Part shown: positions 1-10,830 of the stretch, piece after piece
Layout: every line of letters starts with the position of its first letter
Numbering within the stretch: the stretch's first letter is position 1
Source: Octopus bimaculoides
Lineage: Eukaryota
Assembly (NCBI RefSeq): GCF_001194135.2
Contig: NC_068993.1
Coordinates: forward strand, 28,052,038-28,116,037
Direction of reading: 5' to 3'
DNA: 64,000 bases
Made by a program: the position numbers and the translations under genes
Notes under the pieces: model-generated
The model's database searches: none
Seen by the model: the letters and a program-made list of their open reading frames with translations, nothing else
Told to the model about the DNA's origin: nothing

Positions 1-249
1 TACAGTTACACATTTAATATTTTTTTTTCGTTTGGCACCCACTTCCAGGAACTCCATACATCTTTTTTTTTCCTTTGCCTGTACGTTTTGGTTCAATTAT
101 TTGTAGTGGCATTGGTACTTGAAAAGTATCATATAACCATTCCATTAGTTCTTCCATGCTCTTGTGACTATGCTAATAGCATTTTGGGGATTAGTAAATT
201 ACTACCAAATATAATCATTTCATTAGTTCTTCCATGCTCTCACAACGAA

Positions 250-3013
250 TCTTTTTTTTTTTAGCTGATTTATGTGTCTCTTATATACCCATTTTCTTCC
301 TTTTACCAAGTATAGCCATTTTCCTATGCGTTTGGTAATCACATCATCTTCTCAACTTTGTTTTCCATTCTTATATGCCCTAACAAATGCATTTTCAACA
401 ATTTTGAAGTATCTTGCTGTATTATCCATTGCAATTTTTCTTCTCTTACCAGGTAGCACTTTGTTGAAGACTGATTTTATTTTCCTCACAAACATCAATT
501 CCACTAGTGACATACCTACTAGTGTGTTTGGATTTGGTGTCACTCGGTATGCTCTTAGGAATTGTTGTAGAGCTACCTCATCTATGACTTCCTTATTCGA
601 CTTTCTTCGGGTTGTCTTGAACATACTGACAGTGTCCTGCTTGTTAATTAGATCTGGGATGGTATGGCACAGTCATTACATGTTCTACAACGAATGTTTT
701 ACAAATGTTTTAAACTCAAAAGACACAAATTGTATTCCATAATCCCACTATAGTGTATGGGATCCAAATCTCGCAAACAGCTCATGTAGAAATTTTGTCG
801 TAGTTGAAGAGGTTAGCTTTTTACACTTGCAAATTTCTGGCCCTTTTAGAAACTATCTACTACCACTAAGTAATATGAATCATTTAAGGGACCAGCAAAA
901 TCAATGTATAGTCTCAACCACAGAACATCAACTTTTGGTCAAGATTCACTTTTTATCATCGGTAATTTTGCTGCTACAGTACATCCTCTGCAGCCTTTAA
1001 CTAAAATTTCAATTTCTCTATCCCCTTTTAGCCAGTACATGTAGCTATGTATTAAAGCTTTCATCCTCGAAATACCAGGATGTCCAACATGGAATTCCCT
1101 CAACATTTTCTTTTGCAGTGTTTACTCTCTCTGCATACATCAGTACACTATCACAAATTGAATATAGGTTTATGTCTTGATTTCATTTCACACTGATCCT
1201 GTTCCTATTTACTTTTCCTGTCCACAGTATTCCTTTCATTTTTGTTATGAATTTGTCCTTTTCCACATTTTGTTTTATGTCTTCTAGGGTCACCAGTAAT
1301 TCACGTACCATATTCCACATTACTTTTTTTATTTCTCCTTCTGATCTTAATGCTGCAATTACCGTATCTTCAAATGGCTAGCTGTGTTTCAGTATCAGTC
1401 TGGACAAACCATCCTCAGGCCCTAGTTTCTTGAATTGTAAATATTCCATTTTGAAATCATAATTCAATAATGTAGTACCCCATTGCTGTAGTCTATTAGC
1501 TGTGTGTGTTGGTATTCCTTTTTCAGAACTGTATATTGACAGTAGTAGATGATGATCCATTTGTAGACAGAAACTTCTTTGAATAAATCTATGGAATTTT
1601 TTGATACCAAATACAATTGTTAACACTTTTTCTGTTTAGCTATAGTTCCTTTCTGCAGGTAATAATGATCATGATGCATGGGCTACAACCTTTTTACTTC
1701 GATCGTTATATTTGTGGAGAAGCACTGCTCATACACCGTAATCACTCGCATCTATAGCCAATATGATATCCAGCTTCAGATCAAAAAGCATTAATGATAA
1801 GTTCGACGTTAACATGTTTTTTAATTCATTAAAGGCCTTCTGGCGCTTATCAGTCCAGCACTATTTTGCATTTTTCATTTAGCGGGACCCTTACATTGTG
1901 TATATTGGGGATATCAATTTGGTAGTAATTTACTAATCCCCAAAATGCTAGTAGCATAGTCACAATATTCAGTGTGTGCATATCTTTTATCGCAGTTGCT
2001 CTGGATGGATCTGATTTCCCTCCATTTTTATCTATTATCTGGCCAAAGTATTTAATTCTTTTCAGAAAGAACTCACATTTTTCTTCACTTAGCTTAAAGT
2101 TGTATTCTCTTATCTTTTTGAATACCCTTTTTACATGTTCTACATGTTGTTTGTGTGGTTCACTTTTTATTATGATATCGTCTAAATAGGCAATAGCAAA
2201 ATCACAGTCCACCAGCATTGTATCCATTACTTATTGAAATATGGAAGGAGCCACTTTTACACCGAAGGGAAGCCACTTAAATTTAAATAAGCTATGGTGT
2301 GTATTAATGGCTAATAAGTGTGAGCGCTCTTCTTCTACTTGGATTTATAAGTATGCCTCCAAGCAGTCTAATTTTGAGATGAATTTCCCTCCATCTATGC
2401 GAACACTTCCTCTGGACTCAGTAATGAGTAGTTATGTGGTCTTAAGCAATTGCTTAAACCTGTTGAAAAGTCTGTACAAACTCGTGACTTATTATTTTTC
2501 TTTTTTCAGTAGACCATAGGTGCTGCCCAATGTGAGTGATCTGTCTTCTCGATTATTTCTAGGCTTTCAAGTCTTCCTAGTTCCTTATTTACCTGTTCTA
2601 GCGCCGCGAACAGTACATTACATTTTGGCTTAAATACAGGTGTTGCACTTTGTTTTACTACAATTTTTGCCTTCGTTTCCACGCAGCAGCCCATCTGAGA
2701 ATAAATGTTTTATTTTTCATTACAATCCCTTAGCCACATTCAAACCTTCGACTGAACCGACTATATTTCCACACAAAAAACTTATGGGCATATTCCACAA
2801 TTTGAACAGTTCCATCCACTCTGTGTCAAACAAATTTACTGAATTGACACATACACTTTTGTTATTTTCATTTGGTCACGAAAAGTCACATTACACAAAA
2901 ATTCATCTACAAAATACAATCTTTTACCCGTAACACAGTGTGCTACTTTTGTAGATTTACTTAATTTTGGCTTACCGATATACTTCCAAGTTTCTTCATT
3001 TACAATGGTAATA
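250..3013 (-). mobile_element. Gypsy/Ty3 LTR retrotransposon, degenerate pol (C-terminal protease, RT, RNase H, integrase)
   Basis: The minus-strand ORF fragments give the RT motif AYLDDIII (1850-2227), PWAAPMV (2506-2694), an RNase H-like segment KKFHRFIQR..TDH..KGIPTHTANRLQQW (1378-1626) and the integrase C-terminus RAYRVTPNP..ELMFVRKIKS (352-624). There are many stops and frameshifts. No 3' LTR was seen in the window. Confidence 0.9.
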
Positions 3014-3212
3014 CAGTAGATTCACTTTATGAATCCACTGATAATAAATCCACCCGCTTAATGTATCCAAAATGGGTTGGGATGGAATTTTTACACATAA
3101 AATCTCTCGTTTAATAAATCCAAATCATCACTTAGTAAATCCAATTGTTACTGCTCCTTCCTAAAGTTTCAACAAGGGGCAGCGAACAAATGAAGTGCTT
3201 TTTTTTTCTACT

Positions 3213-3479
3213 CTTAAATACTGACAGGTAGGCTCCAGCAGCCACAGTCAGCCAGCTGTCACATGGTACACTCCATCATCCTAAAATAGATCAATAAATA
3301 TGTAGTTCCTGGCAGTGACTGATGGAGTCTACCACACAACATTGTCATTCAAGCGAAAAATAAGGCTCCGAGACACCTCTTATCAAAATTACGCGCCCTT
3401 CTCATTTATTGGATGATGGTGTGTACCACGTGACAGCTGGCTGATTGTCACTGCTGGAGCCTACCTGTCAGTATTTAAG
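3213..3479. repeat. Foldback/MITE-like inverted repeat (69-bp arms, 129-bp spacer) upstream of the Tigger ORF
   Basis: 3213-3281 (cttaaatactgacaggtaggctccagcag...ccatcatcc) is the near-perfect reverse complement of 3411-3479. Confidence 0.85.
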
Positions 3480-3948
3480 GATGAAATAAATGCGTCATTC
3501 CTCGTTCACGTAGAGAGGCAGACATACACACAAGTTGTTCAAAATGAGAAGAGAGAGGCAGGACAAATCCGTGGCAGAAAAGATTCAATTGTTAGAGCAT
3601 TACAAAGCTCTTGGGAAAACAATTCAGTGGCAAGCAGTACAGAGTTGAGGAATTTCAAGAGGTCTGCTCCAGAATTTGCTAAAGAATGAGGATGACCTTC
3701 GTGCCAAAAAACACAATAGCTGTTCATCAAAGAGAAAGCGCCAATGAGAGGGACAAGACCAACAAATAGACCGTACTCTCTACGATTGGTTTGAAGTTAT
3801 TCGCTCGGGAAATGTTCCCGTCAATGGCTTGATCCTAATGCACAAAGCCAATACTGTTGCTCAAGCTGCTGGACACGATTTTAAGGCATCCGAAGGTTAG
3901 TTTTACCATTGGCAAAAAGACATGGAATCTCTTTTACAGTTCTAAAAG

Positions 3949-4020
3949 GTAAGAGTTGTAGTTCACAAGTTCACGTTTTTCTCTTTAGAGAACACAAACT
4001 AAACATTTCATATTTTGTAG
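3949..4020 (+). other. Putative 72-nt spliceosomal intron in the Tigger transposase
   Basis: The segment reads GTAAGA...actaaac...tattttgtAG. Removing it gives KRHGISFTVLK-GDAAEAD, which matches the pogo/Tigger HTH-to-DDE linker (consensus approximately L.GE.A.AD). Confidence 0.7.
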
Positions 4021-4275
4021 GTGATGCAGCTGAAGCTGATGTCAATGGTACCCATCAATTTCATGAGACAACCATACAGTTTCTGTTGAAACTGTATCAA
4101 CCACAGGACATCTACAATGCTGATGAAACTGAGATCTACTTTCGTGCATTACCAAGAAATACATATGTCAATGAGAGTTGCAAGAAAACTGTGAGGGGCT
4201 TTAAGACAGCAAAGGACCGTGTGACCTTGATGATGGCCTGCAACATGAATGGAGACAAAGAAGACTTGCTCTTAA

Positions 4276-5784
4276 NNNNNNNNNNNNNNNNNNNNNNNNN
4301 NNNNNNNNNNNNNNNNNNNNNNNNNNNNNNNNNNNNNNNNNNNNNNNNNNNNNNNNNNNNNNNNNNNNNNNNNNNNNNNNNNNNNNNNNNNNNNNNNNNN
4401 NNNNNNNNNNNNNNNNNNNNNNNNNNNNNNNNNNNNNNNNNNNNNNNNNNNNNNNNNNNNNNNNNNNNNNNNNNNNNNNNNNNNNNNNNNNNNNNNNNNN
4501 NNNNNNNNNNNNNNNNNNNNNNNNNNNNNNNNNNNNNNNNNNNNNNNNNNNNNNNNNNNNNNNNNNNNNNNNNNNNNNNNNNNNNNNNNNNNNNNNNNNN
4601 NNNNNNNNNNNNNNNNNNNNNNNNNNNNNNNNNNNNNNNNNNNNNNNNNNNNNNNNNNNNNNNNNNNNNNNNNNNNNNNNNNNNNNNNNNNNNNNNNNNN
4701 NNNNNNNNNNNNNNNNNNNNNNNNNNNNNNNNNNNNNNNNNNNNNNNNNNNNNNNNNNNNNNNNNNNNNNNNNNNNNNNNNNNNNNNNNNNNNNNNNNNN
4801 NNNNNNNNNNNNNNNNNNNNNNNNNNNNNNNNNNNNNNNNNNNNNNNNNNNNNNNNNNNNNNNNNNNNNNNNNNNNNNNNNNNNNNNNNNNNNNNNNNNN
4901 NNNNNNNNNNNNNNNNNNNNNNNNNNNNNNNNNNNNNNNNNNNNNNNNNNNNNGGAGACAGGGTCTAGGAAGCGAAACCTTTAAACTTCTTTTTCTTATT
5001 TTTTCCAGCATGCTTGTTTGAAATGATTACTGCGGAAACAAACCGTTACGCAGAATGTAAACAAGCCGGAAAAAAAGATAGCATGTGAGAGACACTAGCA
5101 GTACCCCCAGTACGTGGAGAACCAAGCTTTGATCCCTTATTTAAAATAAGACCCCTCATCGACTGCGTTCAAAATGCATATAAAACATTTTACAAGCCTG
5201 AGAGATACTTATCCATCGATGAGGGCATGGTGGGGTATAAAGGAAGAGTATGCTTCCGACAGTATATGCCAAGAAAGCCCACAAAATGGGGGATCATAGT
5301 TTGAAAAATTTGTGAGGCAAATACTGGGTAATGCTGTGGATTTAGCTTTTATACAGGGAAAAGAGACAATAATGTTAGTCAGCATGGCCTAGGGTACGAT
5401 GTGGTCTGGAATTGATCACATTCATACCATAACCAGGGCAGTCAAACTTTAGTTTGACCCGGTGACAAAAATAAAAAAAATATTAGTCTGATAGGTGTAA
5501 AACAACTCGCTGGGAACGAATATGAAGAAAAAAATGCGCGCTCGCGAACGGGGTGGGTGGGGAAAGTGCTTGGAACATTCACATCGTGAATGTTCCGAGA
5601 CACCTCACCGGAGCCAAGAAACAAAAGAAAAATAGTGTAATAGATGTAAAACGACTTGCTTTGAAAGAATATCAAGAACACACACACACATATATATAAC
5701 ATTAGTCTAAATTCATGATTATTTTAGAATTTAATTGAAAGTCATGAGGGGTGTATTTTGGTCAGAAATATAGTAACAAAAGGG
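4276..5784 (+). mobile_element. piggyBac transposon, internally deleted, inserted in the Tigger; left part lies in an N gap
   Basis: TTAA at 4272-4275, immediately before the gap, and TTAA at 5785-5788 after the terminal ..aaaaggg. The translation DPLFKIRPLID..LSIDEGMVGYKGR..RQYMPRKPTKWG is the DDE_Tnp_1_7 (piggyBac) signature. Confidence 0.88.
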
Positions 5785-6818
5785 TTAATCAGAAAGGCTG
5801 GTTGCCAAGATGCTTCAAAAATGTCAAAATGCTTCTGATTCAGTATGACTTTTCAACCAACGCGAGGATGACAGAAAAAAATCCAAGGAAGATGGCTCAG
5901 ATCTTGGGTTCATCGTTTGCGGGAATCTGACAATTGCTCTTCTCTTGTAGTCATCAATGATCTCAAAAACATCACTTAAAAATTTTTTCCTCCCAGCACA
6001 ATATCAGTGCTGCAGCCCTGTGACATGGGGATAATCAAGACCTTCAAAGCCTACTTCAAACATGAAATACACAAGAAGATCATTGATGTTATGGAAAACA
6101 CTGAATGTGACATTTTTGCCCAAGAAGTTGCAAAGCAGGTCACCATTTTGGATGCCATGTACATGTTAAGCATAGCTTGGAAGAAGGTTTCTAGCCAGAC
6201 AACCAAACATTGTTGGATCAAAGCTAGTTTTGTTTCAGCGGAAGAATCAAATGAAGCCAAAGATGTTAACAAAGATTTGATCCTGCCTTCACTGCCTACT
6301 GGACTGACCAAAGCAGCAATTCGAGAACTGGTTGTCCATAGATGATGGGGCTGTTGTTGCTCTGGAGATCATCACTGAAGAAGAAAATCTAGACAAGATC
6401 ATTCATTTGGCAATCTGAGAAAGAAAACAGAGATGAAGATGACAATTCCGACATTGATGTTGATGAAAGAGTTCCAGAGCCTCCAACACCAGCTGAAACG
6501 AGACACTATCTAACTCGATTAGAAAGTGGCCTTGAAAGTTTTGATTTCAGTGACATGAATCTTTTTAGAACTCTTAAGGAAAAAAATCAATGCAGAGTTG
6601 CGAACAAAGCATCCAACAAGGCAAACAACACTCGACAAATTTTTCATTCAATAACATTGTTTCTAATGCTTTTATTTGTGTATTCACATATGTATGTATT
6701 TTAATAAATATACATGCTTAATCAATCGGTGAATTTTGTTCCCTCTGCTAATAAATCCCTTATTTAATAAATCCAAAATAGGTGGTCCCAAGATGGATTT
6801 ATAAAGCAGGGTCTACTA

Positions 6819-7940
6819 TATCACTTCCAGTGTCTAACTGCATTTTCACTCTTATATTTTCAATTTTCACATTTGCGAATTTCCTTTTTGTCACATTACC
6901 ATTTTCTTTTGACAACATCTTGTTTACTCTTTTTTCTTTGTTCCAGTGTTTTGTCATCTTGGTTTTACAGTGCGCTTTCACTGGTCCAATTTTTTTCACA
7001 ATGGAAACATTCCACTTTCGAAAATGGACAGTTTTTCTCAGGTGTAGACCTCCACATAGAAAACAGGGGTTTATTTCCTGACTTTTATCCTGTTTGTATT
7101 GTATTTTAGTACACACTTGATTTCTATTCTGCCTGTTTCGCACTTGTTTACTTGGGAGCAATCTTTATGTTCAATTTTCTTTGCATCGTTGCCTTAGATT
7201 TACTATTTTTTCACACTCTTCAGGCACTTGTTGTAAGGTTACAGCTTGGTTTTGTGCCAGCTTAGCGAGAATTCTTGTTCTGAGTTCTACATTTCTTTCA
7301 GCAGTTAGTCCAAGGCACTTGAACATGTCTGGTTGGCGTCAACTTGCCTGTTTGAACTATTCACATTCTCTGTTAACTCTACTAGCATATGTGATGTTGT
7401 CCTCTTTGCTGTTCTTTTCTAGGTTTAAAAATTTCCAGCGTGTATTGAACAACAAGCTTTTCCTGTTAAAAATTTTACACAATATGTCTATTGTATTTCT
7501 AAAGTTTATGTCAGAAGGTTTTTTTCAGGAGTACATAATTGCTGTAATGCTCATGTTCTCCTGCAGCCAGTTTTCTTAGGATTAGATGCGTTTTCATATC
7601 ATTGTCCCAATCTTTGCACTCTTTATTGAAGATCTGTTCACATCTTCTATAGTACGCCTCGAAGGTAACTCCTTCATCTGGTTCATACTTAAATTCTGTT
7701 TTTGAGTTTGCAACATAATCTGGCAAGAACATCTTTTCAGCATTTTTGGACAACTTACTATTCATTAGTTGCAGCATTTGTAGCTGTAACAATAATTGTT
7801 GTTGTTGCTGTTTTTGCAATTTGAGCAAACTGACCAACAATCCTTCCATAATTTTACAATTTTGTATACTGTAAAATTCACACAAAAACATTTTGTGAGT
7901 TTGTTTAATCCTCGTGAGTTTGTTAATTCCTCATTGCCAC
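6819..7940 (-). mobile_element. Gypsy gag (with zinc-knuckle remnant), protease N-terminal part and PBS
   Basis: ORF 7511-7891 contains EFKYEPDEGVTFEAYYRRCEQIF..LILRKL. ORF 6799-7161 contains CFLCGGLH and KMQLDTGSD. A PBS-like gtggcaatgagga lies on the minus strand at 7928-7940, next to the LTR. Confidence 0.88.
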
Positions 7941-8130
7941 TGTTGTAATCTAATGTCAGACTGTTGCAACATCCACTCCGATATAGTAGTATAGTTAGTT
8001 AGACAAGTAAGACATGACTATCTATGACCGACTTCTCAACTTCCTACGTCATAGTATTTGTAACAACTAGCACATACTACTCGTCACATGTGAGGGGTGT
8101 TCCATCATTATTATTATTATCTCCATAACA
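7941..8130 (-). repeat. 5' LTR of the Gypsy element (~190 bp, TG...CA)
   Basis: The termini are tgttgt...ataaca, directly adjacent to the PBS-like motif. Confidence 0.7.
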
Positions 8131-8132
8131 AT

Positions 8133-9135
8133 ATCATCATCATCATTTAATATCTGCTTTTCATGCTGGCACGGGTTGGATGGTTTGACTGAGGACTGGC
8201 AAGCTGGGAGGCTACATCAGGCCCCAATCTGATCTGGCAAGGTTTCAACAGCTGGATGCCTGTCCTAATGCCAATCACTCCAAGAGTGTAGTGGGTTCTT
8301 TTTACATGCCACTGGTACAGGAGCCGGTTAGGTCGCACTGGTATCAACCATGCTTGAATGGTGATTTTTACATGCCACCCAGCACGGGTGCCAGTCAAGC
8401 AGCACTGGCATCGACCATGACTACAATTTCACTTGGTTCAACAGGTTTTCTCAAGTACAGCATATTGCCAGATGATTGAAGGGGTACCTTTAAATGGGCC
8501 AGTTATGCAACACTGGCATCGGCCATGGCTAAGATCTCACTTAGGTTGCCAGGTCTTCTCAAGCACAGCATATCTTCAAAGGTCTCAGTCACTTGTCATT
8601 GCCTCTATGAGGCTCAATGTCCAAAGGTTGTGCTTCACCACCTCATCCCCTGTCTTCCTGAATCTACCTCTTCCACAGCTTCCCTCCACTGTTAGGGTGT
8701 GACACGTCTTCATACAGCTGTCCTCATCCATATGCACACCAGGTCTGATGCTTCTTATGTTCAACTTTTCTCTCAGGGCACTTAAACTCTGTCATGTATG
8801 CACACTGACATTACACATCCAGCAGAGCATACTAGCTTCATTTCTTTCAAGCTTACACATGTCCTCAGCAGTCACAGCCCATGTTTCACTGCTGTGTAGC
8901 ATGGCTGATCCCACACAGGCATTATACAGTCTACCTTTCAGTCTGAGCGAGAGGCCCTTTGTTACCAGCGGAGATAGGGGCTCTCTGAAGTTTGCCCAGG
9001 CTATTCTTATTCTAGTAGCCACACTTTCAGAGCCCCCATCCCCGCTACTGACTTGGTCACTTAGGTAACGGAAACTATTAACTACTTCTAGTTTTTTCCC
9101 CTGGCATGTGATGGAATCTGTTTTCTATACATCTT
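8133..9135 (-). mobile_element. RTE-clade LINE (family A), 5'-truncated 3' end with (GAT)n tail
   Basis: RIRIAWANFRE..KGRLYNACVGSAMLHSSETW (ORF 8792-9022) is the RTE RT C-terminus. The 3'UTR and catcatcat tail are shared with other copies in the window. Confidence 0.85.
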
Positions 9136-9142
9136 CAGTGTT

Positions 9143-9885
9143 TATTTGACTGTGGCCATGCTGGAGCACTGCCTTTAGTTGAACAAATTGACCCTAGGCT
9201 TATTTTTTGTAAGCCCAGTACTTATTCTATTGGTTCTTTTGCTGAACCACAAAGTTACAGGGATGTTAACACCAACATCAGTTGTCAAGTGATGGTTGGG
9301 GAGACAAACACAGACACACAAACATATATTCAACAGGCTTCTTTCAGTTTCCATCTACCAAATCTACTCACAAGGCTTTGGTTGGCCCAAGGCTATAGTT
9401 GAAGACACTTGCCCAAAGTGCCATGCAGTGGGACTGAACCCAGAACCACATGGTTGGGAAGCAAGCTTATTACCACACAGCTTTTTTTCTTTTTTACTTG
9501 TCTCAGTTATTGGACTGCGTCCATGCTGGGACATTGTCTTGAAGGGTTTTTAATCCAATAAATTGACCTCAGCCCTTTTTTTAAAGCCTGGTGCTTATTT
9601 TATTGATTTCTTTTGTCGAATTGCTAAGTTATGGTGACATATNNNNNNNNNNNNNNNNNNNNNNNNNNNNNNNNNNNNNNNNNNNNNNNNNNNNNNNNNN
9701 NNNNNNNNNNNNNNNNNNNNNNNNNNNNNNNNNNNNNNNNNNNNNNNNNNNNNNNNNATATATATATAAGTCACTCACAAAGCTTTGGTCAGCCTGGGGC
9801 TAGAATAGAAGACACTTGCCAAAGTGCCATGCAGTGAGACTGAACCTGAAACTATGTGGTTGGGAAGCAAGCTTCTTACCACAGT
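9143..9885 (-). mobile_element. Two adjacent copies of tRNA-derived SINE family 1 (second interrupted by a gap)
   Basis: Both match the ~400-bp repeat seen in full at 18506-18909 and 39974-40352. Confidence 0.75.
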
Positions 9886-10479
9886 CATATCAGCACGCAC
9901 GCACACACACACACACACACACACCACAGACAGATGGATAAATCACAAATGATAGATAGATATATAGATAATACGGCTGAAGGAAAGTACCCAAGAGGAA
10001 TGTTTTCTATACTAAATACACATACTGTAAGGTTTTTACATTGGTAATATAGGGATTAACTGAGCTAACAAAAACTACCTGTAGAGTTTTGCACTTTTCC
10101 AGGGTAGATCAAGAGGTTACTCTCTTTCACTTTACACCTGACTCTCTTCAAGTTCAAAATTATTTACACTGCACTTATGTTTTACTAATATCATGGTTCC
10201 TTCTCTTTACTTGAAAGGGTTTGTGGCATTCCATTTCCCAGTCACTAATGGTAGTTTCCTCCTGAACCAGCTTTGGGGTTCTGGGGCATCCATCCTTTGA
10301 GCTTCCACCCAAAACCTCTGAGAACAAGTTGTAGTCTTACTGCCACTTATACTGGCATTGGGTGGTGATTGCAATATATTTTCAAACTGACCCCTCAACC
10401 TTTGGATCAAACATGTCCCTTATTAACCCACGTGATGGATGATGCGGTATGGTTATTTTCTTTAACTCTTTTTTTATAT

Positions 10480-10830
10480 TGCAGTTTTTGGTGGAGGAGG
10501 TAAAACACTACCAGCTAGATATAGTTAGTGTATCTTCTACAAAGATCTGTGGTTCTGACACAAAAGTTTTGGATAGAGTGTGGAAACTCCACTGTTTGGG
10601 TGTGATGCTAACTATGTCTGTACAGGCCCCAGCTGCAAGATTGAATTATGGAGTAGATACCACTAGGCTGAAGGAAGGACTGATATGGCTGTTGCAAGTA
10701 TATGCATCAAACAGTGAGACCATAGCTTTTGCTGTCATCTTAGACCTCTTTCATTCTGTGTTAGATGTTCATGTAAAGAGAGAGGCTGAGCAATCAACTA
10801 ATTTCTACCTAGCTGTCTGAACTGTCTACA
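10480..10830 (+). mobile_element. RTE LINE (family B) APE endonuclease fragment, internally deleted
   Basis: LVEEVKHYQLDIVSVSSTK..G..WKLHCLGV and DLFHSVLDVHVKREAEQSTNFYLAV match the start and end of the RTE/Rex3-type endonuclease. Confidence 0.7.

Larger units (their letters stand above)
3014..6818 (+). mobile_element. Tigger/pogo DNA transposon (CENP-B HTH + DDE_1 transposase), disrupted
   Basis: Imperfect TIRs: cagtagattcactttatgaatcc at 3014 and ggatttataaagcagggtctacta ending at 6818. TA TSDs at 3012-3013 and 6819-6820. Protein motifs include DWFEVIRSGNVPVNG..FKASEG, YNADETEIYFRALP, KDRVTLMMACNMNG, PRCFKN and VLQPCDMGIIKTFKAYF. Confidence 0.9.

Noticed and set aside
3909-5021. Long ORFs spanning N runs (also 36147-36559, 37799-38698, 39271-39724, 47683-48468 and 55609-56426)
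   Set aside because: Their length is an artefact of X-translated assembly gaps; only the flanking TE-derived parts are meaningful.
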